A DNA stretch of 64,000 bases from Lytechinus pictus (Eukaryota), in the NCBI RefSeq assembly GCF_037042905.1, contig NC_087250.1, forward strand, positions 5,582,001-5,646,000, read 5' to 3'. Below are positions 28,404 to 40,800 of this stretch, piece by piece (the first letter of the stretch is position 1; each line of letters begins with the position of its first letter). Both the position numbers and the translations under genes were made by a program. The notes below the pieces were generated by a model. The model searched no databases. It saw only the letters and a list, made by a program, of their open reading frames with translations, and was not told where the DNA came from.

Positions 28404-28832
28404 TTACTCTGAAACCGTCAACAGGACCTCATCAAAAGTCTTGGTAAGATCCTGAGCAGAAGGGCGTTTCTTTGGCTCTCGGGTGAAGCAGCTCATGAGG
28501 GCGTCCTTTATTATCTGGTTGTCGAGTGTGGAGATGGTGTCGGGTACGAAATCGTCTCCACACAGTCTAGTGTTGACTTCCCTCTCCGAAAGCTCTTCAC
28601 CTTTATCGTCCTCCCACACGTGATGCCCTGTGAACAGCTCCAGGAACAAGCAGGCCAGAGACCAGATATCTCCTTCGGGTGTGGCTTTGTAACCCCTCTC
28701 ACAAGACTCCGGAGGACACCACTTCTTAGTCCCTCCTCGCTCCCCGGAAGTGATCTCTGTTACCGCTGAATGGGTGAGTCCGTGGGCCAATCCTAAATCA
28801 CAAACGAACGGTTCGTTGTCTGTCTTCCTAAT
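28404..28832 (-). CDS. Terminal kinase exon (subdomains VII-XI) with TAA stop
   Basis: ccccatacag|ATTAGG...; VCDLGLA, GGTKKWCPPE, GDIWSLACLFLELFTG, CFTREPKKRPSA; stop at 28404-28406. Confidence 0.95.
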   Translation of the reverse strand: MRKTDNEPFVCDLGLAHGLTHSAVTEITSGERGGTKKWCPPESCERGYKATPEGDIWSLACLFLELFTGHHVWEDDKGEELSEREVNTRLCGDDFVPDTISTLDNQIIKDALMSCFTREPKKRPSAQDLTKTFDEVLLTVSE

Positions 28833-31800
28833 CTGTATGGGGGGGGGGGGGGTAGAAAACACAAGTACAAAACCTTTTGTCCGAAAGCTCCCCAGGGAAT
28901 GGAGAAATTACACGATTTGCTTGCTTGCAAGCCATCTTTGGAGATCGGGGTATACATCTGCAAATTAGATACAAGAGTGCTTACTGCTTAGACGTGTTGT
29001 TACGGTTTATTGAGCACTATAAAAGCGGAATATCATTTTCATTATAAAACAGATTGTTTTAGTAGTGGAAATGACTACAAAGTATATTCGAAATAAAACG
29101 ATGACATTTGGAATGTAGATTTTGTCGCAAGTCTTTGTTAATTTTCCTTCGATCCCTTTTGCCGAATGACAAATAAACATTTAAAGAAAGATGAGGACCC
29201 CCCCCCCCCCCCCCTCATTCACCAACACCTTTGAAATGTGTATATCCTCAATAAGAGATACGTGCAATTAGCAAGTTTAGGTTCTTAAATAATAATTGAA
29301 ACGTTTTGTCGTGTGATAGAAGAAACAAAATGCGATTTTGAAGAAGTTAAAACTAGATGCTTGATAATTATTTTATATAAATGAACTACGTCCTACCAAT
29401 ATATTGTCGGATTTGATGTCCGAATGAGTGCATTTCTTGGAGTGGATGTGTGCGATTGCATCAGACACCTTACGGGCAACGGTAAGTTTCCCACGAAGAG
29501 ATTCCTGCAAATAAAAATTAAGTAAAGGGCCTCTGACAGTCTCGCCTGCCTTACGCTTTGAAAACAGTTATTGAATAACTATTCACAAAAGACACATTCA
29601 TATGATAATAAAATACTATGCATGTCCATGGATCCAAAATGACCTTTGACCATGATCATGCGACCTAAGACGTGTGCTAAGCAACCATTCATACTTGATT
29701 ACCTTTATGTCTACATTTCATGAACTAGATCCATGAGTTATGCTAATTAAAAAAAAAACACACACAGCCAATGTTCATTGGTCTTAAATAACCTATGATC
29801 TTGGTCATATGACCCGAAACGCTCACATGATCTTTAGAGATACATAATTGCTCTTGTGTTCAAGTTTCATGAACTAGATCTATTAAGTTATGACAATCCC
29901 GCAAATGCCCCCAAACAGTACCAAAGTTCGTTGACCAAAAATGACCTTCAGCCTTTTTCATGTGACCTGAAACTCGCATGTACAGGATGTTTAGGAATAC
30001 TTCCTTAATTTTATATCCAAGTTTCATGAACTAGATCTATACAGTTTCAAAGTTATGATGACATTTCCATAATACTCCCAATATGAAAATAGTTATTTGA
30101 CCATAAGTGACCCTTGCAACTGGTCAGGTGACCTGAATCTCAGGCAGGATCTTCAGTGATACACTGTACACTAATGTTTAAGTTTCATTAACTATATAGG
30201 TCCATATACTTTTGAAGTTATGAAGACATTAAAAAAACTCAACCGTGGTTATGATCTCGATATTGATTCCTTAACATGGTCTAAGTTCATTGACCCTAAA
30301 TGACCTTTGTCATGTGATCCGAAACTCACGGATGTTGAGTAATACTTGATTATCCTTATGTCTAAGTTTCATGAACTAGGTTCATTTACTTTTTGAGTTA
30401 TGATGACATTTCAAAAACTTATGCTCGGTTAAGATCTAAGTGTTCATTGACCCTAAATGACCTTTGACCTTTGTCATCTGACCCGAAACTCATACAGGAT
30501 GTTAAGTAATACTTGATTACCCCTATGTCCAAGTTTCATTAACTAGGTTCATTTACTTTTGAAGTTATGATGACATTTCAAAAACTTAACCTCGATTAAA
30601 ATTTAAGTGTTGCCTTCGCCGCCGCCGCGCCGTCGTCGAAAAATCGGCGCCTATAGTCTCGCTCTTCTATGCAGGCGATGCTACAATTTCATTTTTTACG
30701 CTTAAACTCATTGGCTCGTGTTCTGATAGCCTGGTTTACCTTAACCCTAGTCTAAGTTTGGTAATAAACCGCCATATTTAAACATAGCTTTAAGTTTTGT
30801 ATTCTGATAGCAAGGTTTAAGTTAACCCTGGTCTACATGTAAGTGTGGTAATAAATCCTCACAAAGGTAGACTCGCGCAGGGGGTAGCTTAACCCATGGC
30901 AAACAAATTTTTAGAATTTATACCTATCTTGCATTTCCAGCTATTTCCTCAGATTTTAACCGATTATCTTGAAATTTTGAAAACATATTGGTCTAAAGGT
31001 TATGAGGTGTAAGAAACATTTTCTTTTCTTTTTTTACTTTTTCGGAAATTGTGTTGCGATGGTAACGGTATATATTATGGCCAAAATTTTGCCGTTTAAA
31101 ATACTTCATCAGTTTCCTACCAATTCCCAAGAAAGTTGGCTCACACATTGATTTTGAGGTGAAGATGTGCAAAAGACATTTTTGCATTGTCGAAAATTGT
31201 GTTGCCATGACAACGGTATATTATGGCAAAAATTATGTAAAAGTGTTGCAGTACCAACTACTTCTTTAGTTTTTAACCACTTCTCATGAAATTTGGCACA
31301 GAGAACAGATTTCGTGCTTATATCAGAAATCGGGACACCGTGGTTACAACATATAACGAGAATTGACTCTGTATGTTTAATTAACTTTGTAGATTAGGTG
31401 CATGCCCACCTTAGTGAAATAGTTCCGTTTAAACGCAACTTAAGAACAAGCCCAATTGTGCGAGTCTTTTATTTAATTGGTGGGAAAACATGTTGGATAT
31501 GCTTTTTAAGAGTTGTATTTGATTAAAACTCTTCAAGCAATGGGCCCCTGTTCGAATTGGCTGGCTTACCAGATACTCCAAATTTTCTTCGAATAGAGCA
31601 TCCTTTAGAGTGGAGCCTTCGATGAGCTGGAGGATAAGATCGAAGCATGAATATTTGGTTCGTATTCCTTGTTTATACTTCGAGTATGCATACAGCATTA
31701 CAATGTTGGGATGTTTGACCAATCTGGAAAAGAAGATATGAAAACGTGAATTACATGGAATATCCTTTGCGCGTATAAGACTAAGCATAGATCTTAACAA

Positions 31801-34800
31801 ATATATTTCACACTATATATGCGTCTAGATCCCAGAAAGTAACCTTTGACCAGATGACTCAAAAAACCTCATCACGCCATTATCATTCCAATATGGAAGA
31901 GCCATTAATTTTCATAAAGCTTATTCCTCAAAACTGCAAAAATTGTTGATTTTCGCGAGAATACCCCCTTGACATTGACTTGACCATTGTACTCGCTACC
32001 AAACCGGCTTTAGAAATTCCAATTAAAGTAGAATGCTGATATAGGCATCAATAAAAGTGTTGCATTATTTGATGTAAGGCTCAAGTCACAACTCAGAGCG
32101 GCGATCGATCGATTAGTAGCCTGGTCGGGCGCCGCTGGAATTTAGGCATCGCCGAACTATTTTTGTAGAAGTCGAGCGGGCTGCAAAAATAATTAGCGGT
32201 GGCCGAGCAGTGCCCGGTCGATTACCCATTACTCAAGGCCGAATCTAGGTCAAATTGGGGAACTTATCTGTTTGGCGTCTGAGCAGTGATCGACTGACAA
32301 CCCACCGAATCCCGGGCGGTCCCCCACCGGCCACCGGCCTATTTTTAGGTAATTGCCCGCCGGTCCGATCTTGAATTCGCCGCGAGATCATCGACCGATC
32401 TCTGACCGGCCAGGTCGGCCGATGACCGCTCGACAGCTGTCGATCCAACGAGTTTCGTTCGACGGCGACCGCTCGATTACGTCGGCTGCCGGAAGCGAAA
32501 GTATTTTTCCCATCGCAGTTCTGATCTGGAACATAATAGGAATATTCATGACTTGCGTCTTCGGAATAAAAGTACGCATGCGCGTGGATTAATTGTCGGT
32601 GCCTCGATCAGTGGTCGTTAGCGTTCACGTTTTCACGAATGAACATGATGAATCAGCACCCTCAAATTACCGATGCCCATACATAGTTATATAGGCCTTA
32701 TAGGCTTAGATCTATATCTAGATCCAGTTCTTAAACAATTATCAAACTAGCTGTCATTAATCATGTTAATGACAAGACAAAATGATAGGTTAGGGCTAGC
32801 TTAGGCTAGCCCATTAACTTTACCTCAAATCTGGACCTGTCTAATGCCTATTACTAGTAGCCAACCAATGCCATGGTTAACTTCGAACTGATTAATTCCG
32901 AACTTTACGTTTAATTAGGTTAGACCAATTAGCTTAGTAGCCATGGTTTAATAAGTCTAGTCTTTATATACAGAACCAGTCCTAGATCTAAATAAATTTA
33001 TCTTAGATCTAGTCTAGTCTCTAGATCTTGATAAACTCTGATCTAAGCTGTATCAGCATGGAACGTATTCTGACGTCAGGCACAAATTAACGTCAATGAG
33101 CAGGACATAGCCTACATTAACGGTTTAACGCACGCGGCTCTGCAATCGCAGAGTAAACTCTCTTGATCCCCGTCTTGATCAACAATAGATCGATCTGCAT
33201 TTTCTTTTCCAGTTATTAAGCTCTAATTGATTTCCCGTGCTCCAAATCGGGAATTGTGTTACTAGTTCTATACCCGGACGAGACCTATTTAACCAAGGCG
33301 ACCATAGCCTCTTGTCGAGGCCCTGTCGGCTGCTTTCCGAGCGAACATGGCAAAGCAAGGGAGAGAGCGAAGCAGAGCGCCGCGAGACAGGGCCTCTTGA
33401 CATCTGTGCCGAATTCCATCGACTTTCTTTTGTTTTTTGTTGTTTTTACCAATTCACCGACCAAAAACTGGTCGGTGAAAATCATCCAATGAGAGCGCGA
33501 GCTGCTATGACGTCATATTAAATATTCATGAGCTCATCTTGAATGGCTACCCTTGGATTCTTGGCGAAGAGTGACGACGAAATATCAAAGAGCACTGTAT
33601 ATGCCTCTAAAATGCTGAATATTGACCGATATAAGGATTTGCAATTCGATGAAATTAACTCTGCACTGAAAGGACGAGATATCTTTGTAAATCTACCCAC
33701 AGGATATGGAAAAAATGTAATATTTAATGCGATTCCACCGGTCGATCCGGGGCGTCGATTATCGATTAAGTGCAGTGCAGTGAGGGAAGCTGGGGTGGAG
33801 TTGCTGGGAGTTGACTCGAGTCTGACCAGCGGCTGAGAAGTATCTCCCGGGAAGTTTCGGGGCGGTGATGGGTCTGTTACGGCCAGTAGTAATAGTAGTA
33901 GTAGTAGTAGTAGTAATAGTACCACTACTTTTAGCATTTTGCTGGTTATATCCCCTTTAGTGTCCCGCAATTAAATGAATCCCCTGCAGAATAGTGGACT
34001 ACTATATAGTATTCCGAACCCAAGACGAAACAGCTCTGACATTTCATTGGTTTACTCGGTGACCGGTAATATCATGACTCATGTATATTCATTAGGAAGA
34101 CGTTCCTCATGAATATATAATTCAGTTCAGATGTCAAGAGGCCCTGGCTCGCGCCAGGGCCTCTTGACATCTGAACTGAATTATATTTGATGCGTGTTTA
34201 AGCATTGGATCTAGATATAGATCTTACCCAGGTAACAATACAGCGTTGGACCAACGTTGGATCAACGTTGGGAAATTTTTTCCCAACGTTGCCTCAACGT
34301 TGGCAGGCCAACGTTGCATCATCGATAGAAGTGCACGCGCATACATCGTCAGACCAACAACATTTCCAACGTCAGTTCAACGTTGTCCAGCAACAATGTT
34401 TCAACGTTGTCTGGCAACGTTGATCCAATGTTGGCTAAATAGTCAAATACAACATTGCTACAACGTTGGTAAGCAACGTTGCATCATCGATAGAAGTGCA
34501 CGTCCATACATCGTCAGACCAACAACATTTCTAACGTCAGTTCAACGTTGTCCACCATCAATGCTCCAACGTTGGTATAATGTCGGCTGAGTCATCAATA
34601 ACAGCATTGCTGCAACGTTGATGGGCAACGTTGAAGCAGCGATGGACGTGAACTTGCATACATCGTCAGTCCAACTATGTTTACAACGCTGGTTCAACGC
34701 TGTCCAGCAACAATGCTCCAACGTTGTCTGGCAACATTGCTCCAACATTGTTACAACGTTGTCACAACGTTGCTCCAACATTGCTCCAACGTTATTCCAA

Positions 34801-37800
34801 CGTATGGCAGTAATTAACAAAACATTAATTGGTTTCAAGGTGAAGTCCACCATTACAACTCTTCACTCTAATCTTTATCATCATGTCTTATCCTATCCTA
34901 AAATCCTACATCCTAATCCTATATCCTATTCCTATCATCCTACACCTATCCACTGTATCCTGTCATTGACTCCTATATATAGAGCAACTTTGCTATACTT
35001 GGCAGAATACAGTTAATATCATTTTCCACACTTAACCTTGAATATTTCACTTAGAATAATATGTTTTGATTATAAATGATATGGTAATGGAGCCACATAC
35101 TTTTCTGAAACTTTTCATGGTGGAAATATTGAATAAACATAAATACTCTAATTATTATAGCAATATTACCTAAAATTTTTGTCATTTACTGATGTAATGA
35201 ATATTCATGAGTGCATAATCATTGTCCAGATGAGGCAGGTTTGGCAGCGTTGGTCCAATGTTGGTCCAACGTTGGGTGACGTTGATCCAACGTTGGTATA
35301 ATGTTGGTCCAATGTTGATGGAAAGTTGATTCAACTTTAGTCCAATGTTAGCGTAAACGTTGATTCAATGTTTGTCTAATATCGGTTAAATGTTGTTGTA
35401 ACGTTGATTCTTTGTTGGTCTAATTTTAAACAAATCCAACGATGCACCATCTCCATCAAACAGTTTTCAACACTGTGCCATCATCATCTGTAACCTGTTC
35501 ATGATTCTATCAAAAAACATTACAACTATTATTACAGCTATTTATTTCTTTTCATTCTTTCTGTTACAAGTCTCTTCACATAATTAAGAGGAGTCAAGAG
35601 AATTACGTGTGATATTTATTTATCACAAAAACTCACATGTGTAATTGCAGTCTCTCAGTATTTACAAAATCTAAAAGGGAGGTCGCGTAACTTGGCCTCA
35701 CTCAGAGTAACGTAACTACTGCCTACTGTAACTAAAGAGTGCCTCTTTTTTATTAAGATAGAAGTCAACTGATATCTCAATATGCATGGCCATGGCCCAG
35801 TCTCGCTCGTGCCATAACTATTAAATGATATTTCAGCGTCAAGTGTAGCATGCCTCACATAGCAACTACAGGTTTGACTGCAGTTGGAAAACACTCGGTC
35901 CAGGCTAGGCCAGGCAGGACCGACCAGGTCAATTCAAGGCAGCGTATAATAAATAAGGCAGGAATGCCAGGTAGCAAGTCATTGGGTGATTTAAAGTACG
36001 GTGTACGGTGTTGAGAGCGTGAAATGGCTGCTGAACTGAGCTCCAACACCAAGCGTAATATTATTTTTCATTGAAATGTATTAAAACTCTAATTATTTGC
36101 TCTCATCTTAAATGTAAAAGATAATTTTACGGAGATGGTTCGTCGTGTTCGCCCCCTGTTCGTGAGCTACAGTTCATCAACACCAACACTGAACTTTAAA
36201 TCACGATTTTCCCAATCCCTGGGGGCCGGTGTTGCTGAATGGGGAAATTGCTTGTAGATCATCAACACCATGCAGCCATAGTGCAGTGTTGGGTTCAGCA
36301 GATGACAATCAACACCAGCCTTCAACACAAACTGCCGGAAATACACCATATTTTCCAAGGTCAATCTCAACACCAGCCTGATTCAAGTACGGTGTTGTCA
36401 CAACTCCAACACCAGATTTCAACACTGTACTTGAAATTATTGAAATCACCCAATGACTGTTGCCTTGCCCTTGGTATCGCATACTCGTTCCCACTCACAC
36501 GTATTGCGAGGTTAGTATTATATTAGTCACTCACACAAGCTAATTACGAGGTTAGTTAGTATGTTATACTGTGCAGTGACTGGTGTTAAGTACTACTTTA
36601 CTACTACTTTACTACTACTTACACGAATATAGTAGCGTCGGACTGTACGCGCACAGAAGCTGACTCCGGGATCTTTCGGAGGGGATCAATGGCTGCAGTT
36701 ACCGATTATCTGCAAGTGCAAAGAAAATTCCACTGTAGATTGTAGGTCCTAAATATGCAGCTTATAAGTACTGTTCCAGATCACTAGATATTCTGGAATT
36801 CAATTGTCTATATCCACTATCCAGTCCAAATTCTACCAGATTCTTCAAGTTCAAAATTGAAGGAAGCAGACTACACAGACATGACAGAAGGAGTCCGACG
36901 TCGAGACTAATTCTGCGCATCAGAATAGTATGGTATTTTTAAATAGGCACATTTGATGCTTGTATTTCCTTCTTCAATTTCTTCTAGTTATGTGACGGTA
37001 GGCCTATGAATTATCTCGTACTTACTGTGAAAGGCCGAGCCAGCTGCAAAGGACGAGGGCGTTTCTGGAAATTCTGGTCTTGAACTACATTTTTTTTCTT
37101 GTTTTTCTCCTTTATTTTCTATATTAATCGACACATTTGCATCCCCCGGTGCATGCGCAGCCTCTCTATTCTACCCCATCTTTATTTTTGTTTTCCCCTT
37201 AGACTTAGTTTTAGTTCCTCTTTCCCTTCCCATTATTTTCCTTCTCTCTCGATTTCTTTTCCCCTTATTGCTGGGGGATACCAAGGGTGACATGGATAGA
37301 CAAGCAAACTTACTTGATCGACCCCCCCCCTTGGCCCCATTAATAATTATGCGAGTAGTCGTCTGTATATCATTATCAATTCTCCAATGAACCAGTTTCT
37401 AACGTTCTCAACACTGTATATATTATGCCGGGATATTATGTTGACTGTCAAACAAATATCCAACAAACTATAGTTTCCAACATTGTGTCAATGTTAACTG
37501 TCAACAACTCTCCAATAAACTATTCCAATTACGCTGTCCACGTTGTGCCATTGTCCGTTGTTCAACAACTCTCCGTCAAACTAGTTTCCACTCCTTTGTC
37601 AACGTTGTGCCATTGTCGACTGTCCAACAAATCTCCAAGAAAATAGTTTCCAACGTTGTTCCTTTGTCGGTTGTTCAGCAACTCTCCATCGAACTAGTTT
37701 CCGACGTAGTCAACGCTGTGCCTTTGTTGGCTGTTCAACACCTATCCAATCAAACACGCGTTTCCAACGTTGTGACGTTGTTGGCTGTCCAGCAAATCTC

Positions 37801-40800
37801 CAACACACTAGTTTCCAATGTTGTGCCATTGTCTGTTGTTCAACAACCTTCCAACGTTGCCAACGTTGTGTCATCGTCGACTATCCTACTGATCTCCAAT
37901 CTACCAGTTTCCAACGTTGTGCCAGTGTCAGTTGTTCAACAACCTCCCATCTAACTAGTTTCCAGCTTTATCAACGTTGTGTCATTGTATACTATCTAAC
38001 TAATCTCCAATCTACCAGTTTCCAACGTTGTGCCATCGTCGACTATCCAACAAATCTCCATCGAACTAGTTTCTAGCTTTGACAACGTTGTGCCATAGTT
38101 GGTTGTTCAACAACTTTCCATCGAACTAGTTTCCAACGTTGCCAACCTTGTGTCATCGTCGACTATCCAACTAATCTCCAACCTACTAGTTTCCATCGTT
38201 GTGCAATTGTCGACTGTCCAACAACTCTCCAACTAACAAGTTTCCAACGTTGCCAACGTCGTGTCATTGTTGATTGTTCAACAACTTTCCAGCGAACTAG
38301 TTTCCAACGTTGTGCCTTTGCTGGCTGTCAACAACTATCCAATCAAACGTGTCTCCAACGTTGTGACATTGTCGACTGTCCAACAACTCTCCAACTTACT
38401 AGTCTCCAACGTTGTGCCATTGTCGACCGTCCAACAAATCTCCAACAAACTAGTTTCCAACTTTGTCAACGTTGTGCCATTGTCGGTTGTTCAACAACTT
38501 TCCAGCGAACTAGTTTCCAACGTTGCCAACGTTGTGCCTTTGCTGGCTGTTCAACAACTATCCAATCAAACGTGTTTCCAACGTTGTGACATTGTCGACT
38601 GTCCAACAACTCTCCAACTAACAAGTTTCCAACGTTGCCAACGTCGTGTCATTGTTGATTGTCCATCATCTTTCCATCAAACTAGTTTCCAACGTCGATT
38701 CAACGTTAATCCATCAAGTTTTTCCAACGTCCAACGACTTTCAAGTTTCCAACGTGGAGCCAACGTTGGCTTGTTACCTGGGTAGCATATAAAGCCTATG
38801 TAAATAATGCAAGTGTACCGGTAATTTGAGGGTGTGATTCATCTATGGCAATGTGAACGATAACGTACGACCACGGTCACCGAGTGAATTAAATTTGTAA
38901 AGATCCACGCGCATGCGTACATGTATTCCGAAGACGCAAGTCATGAATATTCATATTTTGTTCCAGAACTGCGGTGGAAAAAATAACTTTGCTACCCGGA
39001 CGGCCGCCGGTCGGTTCTCGGCCGAAAGTGGATTTGTAACCTTAGACTTATCTCCGTATTTGTTACTTATTTGCTTGTGGATAATGGCTGAGAGGCTGTT
39101 TAAATAAGACAAACTTACGCATTTATCTTGATCTCCCTTACCAGAACGTCTGCCATCTTATCTTCAACACAATTTACCCGCTTTATGGCCACCTTCCTGC
39201 CATTCCAATTTCCCTCGTACACATCCCCGTATCCTCCACGAGAAATCTGGTCTAAGGTCGTAACTTCGGATTTATCGATTTGTTTGATTTCTGAAAAAGA
39301 GAATGATTTATGAATTTACAAAACATTGTTAAAAAATTTCCCATATACGATCGAGGGAACATACAACATATGGGTTGTTGCGTCTCGCCCAATGTGGAAA
39401 ATATAAATTTCATGCGATGTTTCTCAATTTCCTTTCTTCTCCTTCCACCGTTCTCCAACCCGGGAAAGAAAAAAAAAATCATTTTTTACGTGTGTCAAGG
39501 ACACATGTAAAAAGTAGGCCTTCTCAAAACCAAAATCACTTGCACTATGAGCAGGCCTTTATGGTTGGTACTGGCGGACAGATAGGGGGGGGGGCTTGGG
39601 GTCATTCCTCCTCCCCCCCCCCCCCGAAAAAAGGGGGAAATGTAAGGAAATTGGGTGAATTGTATTATTTTGTAAAAACTGAAGAAAAAAAAGACTTTTG
39701 TTTTAAAAAGGTCCAACTTTTTCCTCGCGCACTCGCAGCTTTGAAAAATTTGGCTCCATACGACATGTCTGGGCCCCTATTTCTTTTTTTGTGCTTATTT
39801 CGCCACTTGTAGTTAGACATCATGTTTCGTTGTCACAATTCACGTAGTAAATACAATGCCTACACCCACACCAAGTACGTACCAAATGTGACTGCCATGA
39901 ACAAAAAATGGGCTTTTGGGGCCCGGGTGCGCTTCACATATCCGTGTTAAATGTCCCTATCGCGAACGGGTAAGACGTCTAAATGGAAGAGGAAGCCCAG
40001 ATAGTACAAGAGCATTAGGCCAAAATAGGCTTAAGAAAGGAAATTTCAGGTAACAAGCTGATTTTTTCAGTATAGGTCCAGGAATATGTCTAGAATAACA
40101 TACTAAAAGTCCTCATATATCCTCATTGAGGGTTTTCCGTAATCCGAAATGGCGTCCAAAATGGCCGCCATTACAGAAAATGGCCATAACGCTCTCATTA
40201 TCCAACCTAGACTCCAAATTTTGGTGCATATTTCATGGCTTAAAGGTTTAAAAAGAGCTATTGATACAGGTTAGAGTGAACATAAGCAGACCAGTATACC
40301 TAAAAATCCAAGATGGCGTCTAAAATGGCCGCCAAAGCTTAAAAATCCACAATCTATCTATGGCTTATGTTAGTATCTTTAATTTTGTTTCTATTCAATG
40401 GTTTTAAGGGTCAAGTAGTACATTTGGACAAGTTTCAAGGACAGTCAGTGGTCAAGTATGTCCAAAAATCCAAGATTGCTTCCAAAAATGGGGTTTAAAA
40501 AGGCCTCTATTACTTACGAATGGACATAGTACATTTAATATCTGCCTGGATATATGATTGTGGTGCACGTCTAAACCATGGTTTGAAGGGTAAAAATAAT
40601 ACATTAGGACAGGTTAAAAAGACACTCAGTGGTCCAGTATGTCCAAAAATCCAAGACGACTTCCAAAAATGGAGTCTAAATTGACTGCTGTTTCTGAAAA
40701 ATTGGCATAAAATCAAAGACGGCTTGTAAAATGGAGCCAAAATTGACATAGTTCATCTAATATCTACCTGAGAGATAATATTTTGGTGTCTAAACCATTG

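Larger units (their letters stand above)
32515..38975. mobile_element. Host TIR element (~210-bp arms) whose right arm is split by the EnSpm-like insertion
   Basis: 32515-32727 is the diverged reverse complement of 34205-34225 plus 38785-38975; outer ends approximate. Confidence 0.7.

Noticed and set aside
37390..38785. Repetitive ORFs (VSNVVPLSxVQQ) and a CRISPR-like look
   Set aside because: These are degenerate CAACGTTG subterminal repeats of the EnSpm-like element; there are no unique spacers or cas genes and the context is eukaryotic.
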